Shown one piece after another: positions 17,587 to 25,981 of a DNA stretch of 35,734 nucleotides (positions within the stretch are counted from its first letter, which is position 1; every line of letters begins with the position of its first letter). The notes under the pieces were generated by a model. It searched no databases. It had not been told where the DNA came from and saw only the letters and a program-made list of their open reading frames with translations. The DNA is from an uncultured Leptospirales bacterium. Its GTDB lineage: Bacteria; Spirochaetota; UBA4802; UBA5550. The position numbers and the translations under genes were made by a program. The stretch lies in assembly GCA_964438485.1 (NCBI GenBank), contig CAYTLM010000001.1, positions 1-35,734 of the forward strand, in the 5' to 3' direction.

Positions 17587-18356
17587 AATATAAATTCAGA
17601 ATTCTAATTGATGAGCCCATGGAAGGAACATCAAACATGGGAATAGACAGGGCAATATTACAAACAGTTTCAGAAGGGAAGTCTATTCCAACTTTAAGAT
17701 TGTATAGCTGGGCTATGCCTGCAGTAACAGTGGGATATTTCCAAAAAATATCAGAAACAGTTAATATTGCTTTTTGCACAGAAAATAATATTCCAGTAAT
17801 CAGAAGAATTACCGGAGGCGGCACAGTGCTTCACGATTCTGAAATTACATACAGTTTTATCGCATCTCTTAAAAACAGCCCCATACCACCTGATATGGAA
17901 TCATCGTTTAAAGCAATAATTATGCCTATTATTAACGCATTAAAAACTATTGGAATAGATGCTTCATTTAAACCTGTTAATGATATTCTTGTGCAGGGGG
18001 AAAAAATTTCCGGCAGTGCCCAAACAAGGCAGCAGGGAGTGCTTCTTCAACATGGAACTATAATCACTGATATTGAGGAAGATCTCTTTACCAGGGCTCT
18101 TGTAGACAAGAAAAATTTTATTAAAAAAGATTTTACTGAACCTATTAAAAGTATTACATCAGTAAAAAAAATTCTTGGGAATAAATTTAATCAAGGCTCT
18201 ATTGAAATTTTGAAAAAAGCAATATTAGATAATTATATGGAAAGCCTTAATATTTCATTTGCACAGGGCTTTTTATCTGCATACGAAAAAGATCTTGCTG
18301 AGCGATTTAAAAAGGAACAATTTGAAAATAGATACTGGAATATGAAAAGACCATAA
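17583..18356 (+). CDS. Lipoate-protein ligase / octanoyltransferase family protein (single BPL/LPL catalytic domain; LipM/LipL/short-LplA type)
   Basis: Contains PTLRLYSW..PAVTVGYFQ, VIRRITGGGTVLHD.EITYS and GEKISGSAQTRQQGVLLQHGTII (conserved catalytic-site Lys). At 257 aa it lacks the C-terminal accessory domain of full-length LplA. GTG start overlaps the lipA stop (GTGA); an internal Met (MEGTSN) is an alternative start. Confidence 0.8.
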   Translation: MKYKFRILIDEPMEGTSNMGIDRAILQTVSEGKSIPTLRLYSWAMPAVTVGYFQKISETVNIAFCTENNIPVIRRITGGGTVLHDSEITYSFIASLKNSPIPPDMESSFKAIIMPIINALKTIGIDASFKPVNDILVQGEKISGSAQTRQQGVLLQHGTIITDIEEDLFTRALVDKKNFIKKDFTEPIKSITSVKKILGNKFNQGSIEILKKAILDNYMESLNISFAQGFLSAYEKDLAERFKKEQFENRYWNMKRP

Positions 18357-18505
18357 ATTATATCCACTATCAACTTCCGATAAGATACATTATGTCTCAT
18401 TAGAAAATTTCTAAAATATACCTGTTCTTAACTTTTCTTTTTATCAAAGGATTTTAACAGTTAATTATATCAGGATTTTTTTAGGCAGATGATACCAGCA
18501 AAAAA

Positions 18506-18991
18506 TTAAAGCTTAATAAGAGAAACCGTGTAAACAGCAATACCCTCTTCGCGTCCAACAAATCCTAGCCTTTCTGCGGTTGTTCCTTTTATTCCTATTG
18601 CCTGAGGCGAAACTTCATTTTTAAGGGTATGAGATATTACATTTTGCATCTCAATTATATAGGGTGAGATTTTAGGCCTCTCACAAACTATAACTGAATC
18701 AGTATTTATTATTTTTATGCTGCGTTTTTTTAAAATATTATAAACTTCACCAAGAAGAATTAAGCTGCTAATGTCTTTGAATTTCGTATCTGAATCAGGA
18801 AATAGCCTTCCTATATCACCAATACCAGCAGCACCAAGCAGAGAATCAATAATTGAATGTGTCAGCACATCTGCATCTGAATGACCAGCCAGGCCTTTGT
18901 GAAAGTCAATTTTAACACCACCAAGAATAAGCGGCCTTCCTTCACAGAAAGCATGAACATCAAAACCATTGCCAATTCTTAAAGAAGACAT
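18506..18991 (-). CDS. ispF: 2-C-methyl-D-erythritol 2,4-cyclodiphosphate synthase
   Basis: RIGNGFDVHAF....LILGGV.I....GLAGHSDADVLTHSIIDSLLGAAGIGDIGRLFPD is the canonical IspF sequence. Length is 161 aa. Confidence 0.94.
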   Translation of the reverse strand: MSSLRIGNGFDVHAFCEGRPLILGGVKIDFHKGLAGHSDADVLTHSIIDSLLGAAGIGDIGRLFPDSDTKFKDISSLILLGEVYNILKKRSIKIINTDSVIVCERPKISPYIIEMQNVISHTLKNEVSPQAIGIKGTTAERLGFVGREEGIAVYTVSLIKL

Positions 18992-19291
18992 TTACAGGTT
19001 AAACACATCAGAAAGTGAGCTTAGCTTAAGCACGTTAAGAACTTTAGAACTCACTTTGTCCATTCGTAACGATTTACCCTTCTTCTTTTGAAGCTTTAAA
19101 AGGCTTATTAAAACACCAACACCTGATGAATCAATATAGTCTACATTACTCAGATCTATTTCAATATCCTTATCTATATTTTGGCCAATTTCGAAAAGTG
19201 TCTGCTTAAAGGTCTTTATTGTCATCATTTCAATGTCACCCTGTACTGTGATAACAACAAGATCACCACTTTCCTGAACATCAATTTGCAT
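18992..19291 (-). CDS. STAS-domain anti-sigma-factor antagonist (SpoIIAA/RsbV-like)
   Basis: 99 aa. DLSNVDYIDSSGVGVLISL carries the conserved phosphorylatable Ser in the DSSG motif. Its stop codon directly abuts the ispF ATG. Confidence 0.8.
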   Translation of the reverse strand: MQIDVQESGDLVVITVQGDIEMMTIKTFKQTLFEIGQNIDKDIEIDLSNVDYIDSSGVGVLISLLKLQKKKGKSLRMDKVSSKVLNVLKLSSLSDVFNL

Positions 19292-19427
19292 ATTAATCCT
19301 GCCGTGTTTATTATAAATATATTAAATAATTTTTGACATTATTTAATATAAAGTAAGATTCTTTAGTAGTATGTCAAATCTTATTTCCCGGAAAAACCAT
19401 TTTTGCTGAACATTTATTTTAAGCATT

Positions 19428-21485
19428 TCAATTTATATCTACAATAATTATTTGAGGATTTGTGCGGTTCATATATGTATTTTTTTCAATTTTATATATC
19501 ATTTCAATGCTTTGCTTATTTCTGTAAAAACTATCCATTTCAGAAGCCATATTCCAGCCAATAGCACTTATGCCATTTTTTAAAATATATCTTCCATGCC
19601 TGTTATCTGCTCCGCATGATGAAAAAGTCTTTATCTCTACATCAGAAGAATAAAAAAGAGGCTCTTCGTTTTCTTTCCCATAAGGTTCAATAAGTTCAAG
19701 TTTATCAATAAGAGAATTGCTGATTTCATCAATGTCTATAACACAGTCTATTAAGGTCTTAGTGTCTAACCCGGTTTTATCTCCTATAGATTCGCTTATT
19801 TTAATAATAGTTTTATGAAGGTTTTCTTTTCTTATTATAAAACCAAATGCCTGTGCATGACCGCCCAGTTTTTCAAATAATTCTGCAAATGGCTCAACAT
19901 ATTGAAAAAAATTAAAGCCTCCGTAACTCCTGCCCGAGCCTTTAATAAGGCCATTGTCATCAAGAGCAGTTGTTACAATAACCGGTTTTTTTAAATCATC
20001 TGCAATCCTGTTTGCTACCAAGCCAGCTAAACCATCAATTATTTCATCATTATGATAAAGATAAAGATTTCCATACAATTCAGAACCATGCTCTTCAATA
20101 CTTTCCCTTGCAGAAGATATTATTTCAGATACAATTTTTTTTCTTTTTCTGTTTAGCTTTTGAATTTCTGTTGTAATTTCTGCGATTGATTCTTTATCAT
20201 TCTCAAGAAAAAATTTTACAGTTAAATCAGTTTCACCAAACCTTCCCGGAGCATTAAGAAGAGGGGCAACTCCCCAGCTTATACTTTTTGTATTAACCGG
20301 ATCATCTTTTAGTAAAGAGTTAATTCCATAGTGCCCCTCCCCTCTGTTAAGAAGAGAAATTCCGTATTTTATCATCTGCCTGTTTTCATTATGAACAGGC
20401 ATTATATCAGCTATTGTGCCCAGAGAAACCAGAACAAGATACTGTTTAAGCAATGAAAAAATTTTTGTAGAACTGCGAAGCTGCATTTCAAGAAAAACCT
20501 TACAGGCTAAATCCATGCGGCTTTTGCAAAGAGCAGGATTAATCCCATACTCTTTTACCATTGAATCAATTATAGAGGATAAATCCCTTGTTCCGGAATT
20601 ATCTTTTCCAGTATAAAGTTCACTTATATATTTAACCTTAATATCGCTGTAAAACGACTTAATCATTTTTATAAATTCAGAATCTTCATCAAAAAGTACA
20701 AAAAAATCTTTATCATTTATTTTCTCTGAAATATATTCAGTAAGGTTGCTGTTCCGTACAGCATCACAATGTGTAACACAGCCATTTATTAAAAAAGAGA
20801 ATTCATAACCCTGTTCGTGTTTTATGGTAATTACAAATCTGTTATCAAAACCGGCTATATAGCTATAGAGCAAGGCATGTGCCAGTTTAAAAGTAACGCC
20901 AACTCCAGCGAGTTCTTTAAATGGATAAGGGCAGTCTTTCTGTTTTGGATTAACAATTACAGCATCAGGAACAACATCATCAGGTTCATGATGGTCGGTA
21001 ATTATAACATCAATGCCCTGTTTAGAGGCCATATTAATCTCTTCAAAATCCCTTATTCCTGAATCTACAGTAATAATAAGATCAACTCCCTGATCTATAA
21101 ATTCCTGAATAACATCACAGGTTAAACCATATCCTTCTTTGTTCCTTGGATACCTTATAATGGGGGTATTGCCAAGCTTTACAAGAAGGTCATAAATAAT
21201 AGTAAGGGATGTAATTCCATCAAGGTCAGAATCAGCAAAAATTGCAATTTTGCTTTTTAGTTCAAGGTGTTTTTTAATAAGGGTTTGTGCCTCATAAATT
21301 CCTTTCATTAAAAAAGGTGAATGTAAATCAGCTAATTCAGGATACAAAAACCTGTAAATATCTTCCTCTGTTCTATATCCCCTTGAGTATAAAATTGCAA
21401 CAACAGCTCTTTCTATGCCTGTGCCAAGGGCTATATTTGAAACAATAGTATTATCAACTTCAGGAATAACCCAGCTGCTTTTCAT
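19428..21485 (-). CDS. recJ: Single-stranded-DNA-specific exonuclease RecJ
   Basis: DHH motifs are present (IAIFADSDLDGITS, TVDSG, ITDHH), plus GTIADIMP and the DHHA1 motif GGHAQAFGF. The ORF track start (21539) would overlap the upstream gene by 50 nt. The Met at 21485 (MKSSWVIPE) lies 4 nt after the upstream stop and is the more likely start. Confidence 0.9.
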   Translation of the reverse strand: MKSSWVIPEVDNTIVSNIALGTGIERAVVAILYSRGYRTEEDIYRFLYPELADLHSPFLMKGIYEAQTLIKKHLELKSKIAIFADSDLDGITSLTIIYDLLVKLGNTPIIRYPRNKEGYGLTCDVIQEFIDQGVDLIITVDSGIRDFEEINMASKQGIDVIITDHHEPDDVVPDAVIVNPKQKDCPYPFKELAGVGVTFKLAHALLYSYIAGFDNRFVITIKHEQGYEFSFLINGCVTHCDAVRNSNLTEYISEKINDKDFFVLFDEDSEFIKMIKSFYSDIKVKYISELYTGKDNSGTRDLSSIIDSMVKEYGINPALCKSRMDLACKVFLEMQLRSSTKIFSLLKQYLVLVSLGTIADIMPVHNENRQMIKYGISLLNRGEGHYGINSLLKDDPVNTKSISWGVAPLLNAPGRFGETDLTVKFFLENDKESIAEITTEIQKLNRKRKKIVSEIISSARESIEEHGSELYGNLYLYHNDEIIDGLAGLVANRIADDLKKPVIVTTALDDNGLIKGSGRSYGGFNFFQYVEPFAELFEKLGGHAQAFGFIIRKENLHKTIIKISESIGDKTGLDTKTLIDCVIDIDEISNSLIDKLELIEPYGKENEEPLFYSSDVEIKTFSSCGADNRHGRYILKNGISAIGWNMASEMDSFYRNKQSIEMIYKIEKNTYMNRTNPQIIIVDIN

Positions 21486-21489
21486 AAAC

Positions 21490-22167
21490 CTATTTACCCT
21501 TATCACTTCCCTGCAAGGCAAAAAATTTAGCCTTATCATTTTGATGCCTGGGAATATATTCTATTTTAAATTCTTTATTTTTTGAAAGAAGATCCATTAA
21601 ATTTTCATAATACCTTAAAATATTTTTATTGGAAATTTGTACTGTTCCATTAATATGCTTAACAAGGATATCGGAATCTGTTCTTATCTTTACATCCTTT
21701 GCCTCAAAATATTCTGCTATTTGAATAGCGCGTATTACAGCCGTATACACAGCTGCAAGCTTTGTTCTCTTTCCTATAAAATCTGACACCTTACCAATCT
21801 GCCTGTCATTGCTATCTAATATAACAATCCCTATACCTGAATCACCGGTAGTTCCAGATGACTCTGCCCCAACATAAAAAACAAGAGAGGCATTGATAGG
21901 AATTACTGACAATTCAGCACCAGTAAAAAGTCCGCGAGTCATTTTCCCATCCTGTTCAAATTGATCAGATAAGAGAGAAAAATCAGGTTTTTTTCTGATA
22001 ATGATTTTTTTTCTGGAAGAGATTTTCTCATGCTTTAAAAGCAGTTTTCTGGCATCATCAATAATAGCAACAACATCTGATTCTTCGCAGGAGGCTAAAT
22101 CAGATATTTTATCTATCGTTTTGCCCTCTGACAATAGCTGCAAAACCCTGTCAATAGTTAAAATCAT
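21490..22167 (-). CDS. RNase H-fold (RVT_3/RNase HI-like) protein with N-terminal helix-turn-helix-like domain; active site apparently degenerate
   Basis: The C-terminal ~130 aa align by eye with archaeal/bacterial type 1 RNase H: FYVGAESSG..GIGIVI / KLAAVYTAVIRAI / IRTDSDILVKHING / YIPRHQNDKAKFFA. The N-terminal ~45 aa (LLSEGKTIDKISDLASCEESDVVAII) look like a small HTH. Confidence 0.7.
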   Translation of the reverse strand: MILTIDRVLQLLSEGKTIDKISDLASCEESDVVAIIDDARKLLLKHEKISSRKKIIIRKKPDFSLLSDQFEQDGKMTRGLFTGAELSVIPINASLVFYVGAESSGTTGDSGIGIVILDSNDRQIGKVSDFIGKRTKLAAVYTAVIRAIQIAEYFEAKDVKIRTDSDILVKHINGTVQISNKNILRYYENLMDLLSKNKEFKIEYIPRHQNDKAKFFALQGSDKGK

Positions 22168-22187
22168 AAAAGCTGTCTCCCGATATT

Positions 22188-22883
22188 TTAGTAATAAATA
22201 AATCTTCCACAGTTAGTACAGATTTCTACAGACACATTTTTTGAAACAGAAGTAGCAAGAGAGGATGGAATCTGAAAATTACAATGACTGCAAATTTCTC
22301 CATTAAGCCGGGCAATTGCAATACCATCTTTTGATGCTATAAGCTTTAAAAACCTTGATTTCACCTTAGGAGACAAGTCTTCGCTTAACTCATCAAACCT
22401 GTTTTTATTTTTTAAAATTTCATCATTAAGTTTTTCAATCTTTTTGTTTAAGGAAGATATATCTGAAGCAGTCTGATTTGCAGACTCTTCGAATTTTTCT
22501 CTTAACAGATTTATTTCTGATTCAGAAGTTTCACTCTTTTCCATTAACTCAAGCACTTCATGCTCAACCAAATCTTTTTCATTTTCCAGCCTGATGATCT
22601 CTGACTCATTGGTTTCGATTTCCCTTGCGGATTTTAATAAATCTTTTCTTTCCTCGGTTTTTTTAAGCCTGCTTTCAATATCTACAAGAGCTATTTCTTT
22701 CTCTTTAAGTTTTTTTTGAATAGATTTATACTGTAACTCTTTTTTTTGTAAATTTTCCCTGTCGCTTTTAAGGTGATTTTCCCAGGTAGAGATAGACTTT
22801 TTACTGCGATTTATCTCCGCCTCATCAGCCATGACCTGTTTCCAGAAATACTGCAACTCTAACATTATACTTATATCATTCAT
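22188..22883 (-). CDS. Coiled-coil protein with C-terminal C4 zinc ribbon (COG1579/DUF164-like)
   Basis: Long heptad-rich region rich in E, K and L, followed by CSHCNFQIP...CTNCGRFIY. It sits immediately downstream of a Nif3 gene, the usual partner of this family. Confidence 0.75.
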   Translation of the reverse strand: MNDISIMLELQYFWKQVMADEAEINRSKKSISTWENHLKSDRENLQKKELQYKSIQKKLKEKEIALVDIESRLKKTEERKDLLKSAREIETNESEIIRLENEKDLVEHEVLELMEKSETSESEINLLREKFEESANQTASDISSLNKKIEKLNDEILKNKNRFDELSEDLSPKVKSRFLKLIASKDGIAIARLNGEICSHCNFQIPSSLATSVSKNVSVEICTNCGRFIYY

Positions 22884-22889
22884 AATATC

Positions 22890-23687
22890 TCAATACACTT
22901 TAAATGGATTTTTTTCAATTTCCGATTCAATTACTTTTACAGATGCACCTTCTTTATCCAGGTTTCTTTTTACTATTTTTGCCAAAAGATTTTTGAAAAT
23001 TTTTTCTGTACCAAAATGTCCTGCATCAATTACACATTTATTATTCTCAATTACTGACTTTATATGATGATAGCCAACATCTCCTGTAATAATACAATCA
23101 GGATTATTGATGTTTATTACCCTCTCAATAGAGCTGCCTCCTGAACCATTCAAAAAAGCAATTTTTTTTATAATGCTCTTTTCATCACCAGCAAAAATAA
23201 CATAATCCAGGTTCAGCCTCTCCTTTACTATATCCAGGAGAAGCTTCAATTCAATACCCTCATTTATCTCTGCAAAAGATCCCAGACCAAGGGGCTTGTC
23301 TTCAAAAACTTCCCTTTCCAAAAGAACTGAGCTGTTATTAAATCCCAACACTTCAGCAAGGTAGCTATACATTATTTTATCAAAATTAGTATGCATAGAA
23401 AAGAGGGAAATACGCTTTGAAATTAAATTAATAATATTTTCAGATTTAACATCTCCCTGCATAATAGATTTCACAGGTTTAAATATCAGGGGATGATGAC
23501 TAATAATAAGATTGCAATTTAAAGCAATCGCATCGCTGATAACAAACCTGTCAGGATCAAGGCAGATGTAAACACCGCTAATCTCCTCTTCAGGAAAGAC
23601 AACCTGATTACCTGTATTATCAAACGATTCCTGAAGAAAAACGGGGAAACCTTCATCTAAAAGATATAATAGATCACTAACTTTCAT
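22890..23687 (-). CDS. Nif3-like dinuclear metal centre protein (GTP cyclohydrolase 1 type 2 homologue)
   Basis: Contains DNTGNQV, NLIISHHPLIF, SMHTNFD and ITGDVGYHH, the conserved metal-ligand motifs of the NIF3/YbgI family. Confidence 0.85.
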   Translation of the reverse strand: MKVSDLLYLLDEGFPVFLQESFDNTGNQVVFPEEEISGVYICLDPDRFVISDAIALNCNLIISHHPLIFKPVKSIMQGDVKSENIINLISKRISLFSMHTNFDKIMYSYLAEVLGFNNSSVLLEREVFEDKPLGLGSFAEINEGIELKLLLDIVKERLNLDYVIFAGDEKSIIKKIAFLNGSGGSSIERVININNPDCIITGDVGYHHIKSVIENNKCVIDAGHFGTEKIFKNLLAKIVKRNLDKEGASVKVIESEIEKNPFKVY

Positions 23688-23737
23688 ATAAATATAATAA
23701 TGTTTTAATCATTATCATTGTCAACATTTATTCTTTA

Positions 23738-24787
23738 TTACAATACCAGCATTGAATCTCCATAGGAAAAAAAACGATATTCTTCAGCAACAGCTTCTTT
23801 ATAAGCTCTCATTATAAGATCATACCCTGCAAAAGCTGATACAAGCATAAGCAGCGTTGAGTAAGGGGTATGAAGGTTAGTAATTATACCATCAATTGAT
23901 TGAACCTTGCGTGGAGGGTAAATAAAAATTTCAGTTTCACCTGAACCGTGAGTGTATGCTCCATTGGAATAAATACTTTCAAGCACTCTCAGGGATGTTG
24001 TACCAACAGCAATAATTCTTCTCCCTGCACTTTTTGCCTTATTTAAAATTGCTGTTGTTTCTTCGTCAATAGTATAAACCTCTGAATGCATTTTATGCTT
24101 TAACAGATCATTTTCACGAACAGGGCTAAAAGTACCCCAGGAAACATGCAATGTCAAAAACAGCTTCTCAATTCCCATGTTACTCATATTTTTAAAAATC
24201 TCATCTGTAAAATGCAGACCTGCAGTAGGAGCTGCTACAGCACCGCTCTCTGTTGCATAAACAGTCTGGTATCTTTTCGCATCATCAGAATCTGTCTTAC
24301 GCTTAATATAAGGAGGAAGGGGTATTTCTCCTATCTGTTTTAATATTTCATCAGTAAGAACAATGGAGGATTCAACTTTCAAATACTCCCCTACTCTTTC
24401 AATCACTTTGAAACTTATGCTTTTATCAGCTATTGGAGATATCATTTCCCCTGTTTTAATTCTTCTGGTTCTATTACATACGATCATCCATATGGTGTCA
24501 GAAATTTTTTTTGTAAGCACCACCTCTACTTTCCCGCCATGTACTCTTTGGCAAAAAATGCGTGCATGAATAACCCTTGTATTGTTAAAAACAAGTACAT
24601 CATCTGCCCGTAAAAATTGTAAAATAGAACTAAACCTGGAATGGGTAAAATTACCGGAATTTTTATCAATAAAAAAAAGTCTGGAATCAGACCTGTTTGC
24701 CTGGGGAAATTGAGCTATGAGATGCTCTGGCAGGTCATAATTAAAATCTTCAAGAGTGTATTCTTTATTATCAGCAGCAATCTTCAT
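23738..24787 (-). CDS. queA: S-adenosylmethionine:tRNA ribosyltransferase-isomerase
   Basis: DFNYDLPEHLIAQFP...RSDSRL, LPPYIKR, YQTVYA...GAVAAPTAGLHFT, VGTTSLRVLES and FFSYGDSML are canonical QueA motifs. Confidence 0.94.
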   Translation of the reverse strand: MKIAADNKEYTLEDFNYDLPEHLIAQFPQANRSDSRLFFIDKNSGNFTHSRFSSILQFLRADDVLVFNNTRVIHARIFCQRVHGGKVEVVLTKKISDTIWMIVCNRTRRIKTGEMISPIADKSISFKVIERVGEYLKVESSIVLTDEILKQIGEIPLPPYIKRKTDSDDAKRYQTVYATESGAVAAPTAGLHFTDEIFKNMSNMGIEKLFLTLHVSWGTFSPVRENDLLKHKMHSEVYTIDEETTAILNKAKSAGRRIIAVGTTSLRVLESIYSNGAYTHGSGETEIFIYPPRKVQSIDGIITNLHTPYSTLLMLVSAFAGYDLIMRAYKEAVAEEYRFFSYGDSMLVL

Positions 24788-25971
24788 TACTGGACAAAAT
24801 TAGCAGAAGGCGTCCTATGAGCAAGATAATTATTTTTAAATTTTACAAATTTTATTTTATAATAATAATGACTTAGTATCTCTTTATAGTTCTGTCCATG
24901 CTCGCCCCTGCCCTTTGCACCCCATTGGCTCATGCCTACCCCATGTCCCCAGCCCTTGCCATGAAGAATAAGAGAGTTGCCATTTCTTTCTGAAGTAAAA
25001 AAGGTACTTCTGATTTTTGAGCCTGGAAATAGCAGTCTGAATTCATTACCTGTTAAATTAATATTACCGCTGCTATGTACAACATTTATATCAACTACTC
25101 TGCTGTCAAAACGTTTAAAAGAGATACTTTTTATTTTCCCCATCCTGGAATATTTTTTTGTCAATGCATCACTAATTTCATCAAATGAAAGTATAACTTC
25201 CCAGCTATAATGAGGAGAGTCCTGATCAAAGCTACATTCAACACCGCGAATATATGGCAGATCACTCCCTTTCCATACATATTTAGGATCAATAGTTTTC
25301 CCTCCGCTGGATGAATGAAAATAGGCTAGTATGGGCTCATGCTCATAAGTCATAATAATACCCTTTGTTTCCTGCACTGCCTTTGTAGAACCAGGAGATT
25401 CAGTTATTATTCCCTTGTAAACCTGGAAGTTTGTTGTACTATCAATATCGTAAATAGCCTGGCTTTTATTTTTTTTAAGCAGATGATAAAATGTATATGT
25501 TCTTGAAGCAACAGCTTGAGCCTTAAGAGCTTCCTGATTCCATGAAGCAGGCATTTCAGACGGAATAACGCTGTAGAGATATTCTTCAACATTTACAACA
25601 TTTACAATATGAATTTTCCCAAGAAGATTATGAAGCTCAAATTTTCCTCTATACCCTATGTCATTTATAAATATAGGTTCTCCTGTTGGTTCAATAATAT
25701 AAGGTGTGAGAATTTTTTCAGGGTAAAAAATCAATCCACCTTTTCTGGTTTCATAAACAATATTATTGCTCTTTTTATCAATTACCTTAAGTCCACCTTT
25801 AGAGGTAATTTGAAACTTTTTGTTTTCAGTTGAAACAAGAACATTTACATAGTTGATGTCATAGCTAATACTTGCCTGCTTTTTTTTCAGATACTTTGGT
25901 GAAGGCGTACATGATAAAAATACAAGGCCTGACACACAGATAGAAATTATTATATTTATAAAAATACGCAT
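24787..25971 (-). CDS. SpoIID/LytB-domain protein (peptidoglycan lytic transglycosylase / amidase enhancer family), probably exported
   Basis: Contains EALKAQAVASRTY, YFHSSSGGKT and GHGVGMSQWGA. The ORF extends to 26016, but the Met at 25971 (MRIFINIIISICVSGLVFLSC) begins a signal/lipoprotein-like peptide and avoids overlap with xerD. Confidence 0.85.
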   Translation of the reverse strand: MRIFINIIISICVSGLVFLSCTPSPKYLKKKQASISYDINYVNVLVSTENKKFQITSKGGLKVIDKKSNNIVYETRKGGLIFYPEKILTPYIIEPTGEPIFINDIGYRGKFELHNLLGKIHIVNVVNVEEYLYSVIPSEMPASWNQEALKAQAVASRTYTFYHLLKKNKSQAIYDIDSTTNFQVYKGIITESPGSTKAVQETKGIIMTYEHEPILAYFHSSSGGKTIDPKYVWKGSDLPYIRGVECSFDQDSPHYSWEVILSFDEISDALTKKYSRMGKIKSISFKRFDSRVVDINVVHSSGNINLTGNEFRLLFPGSKIRSTFFTSERNGNSLILHGKGWGHGVGMSQWGAKGRGEHGQNYKEILSHYYYKIKFVKFKNNYLAHRTPSANFVQ

Positions 25972-25981
25972 AATAGAGCAA

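Noticed and set aside
19332-19378. Inverted repeat TTTGACAT-N31-ATGTCAAA upstream of the STAS-ispF unit
   Set aside because: Only 8 bp per arm in very AT-rich DNA. Each arm contains TTGACA, so it may simply be two face-to-face -35-like hexamers. Neither has a well-spaced -10, so there is not enough evidence for an operator or promoter call.
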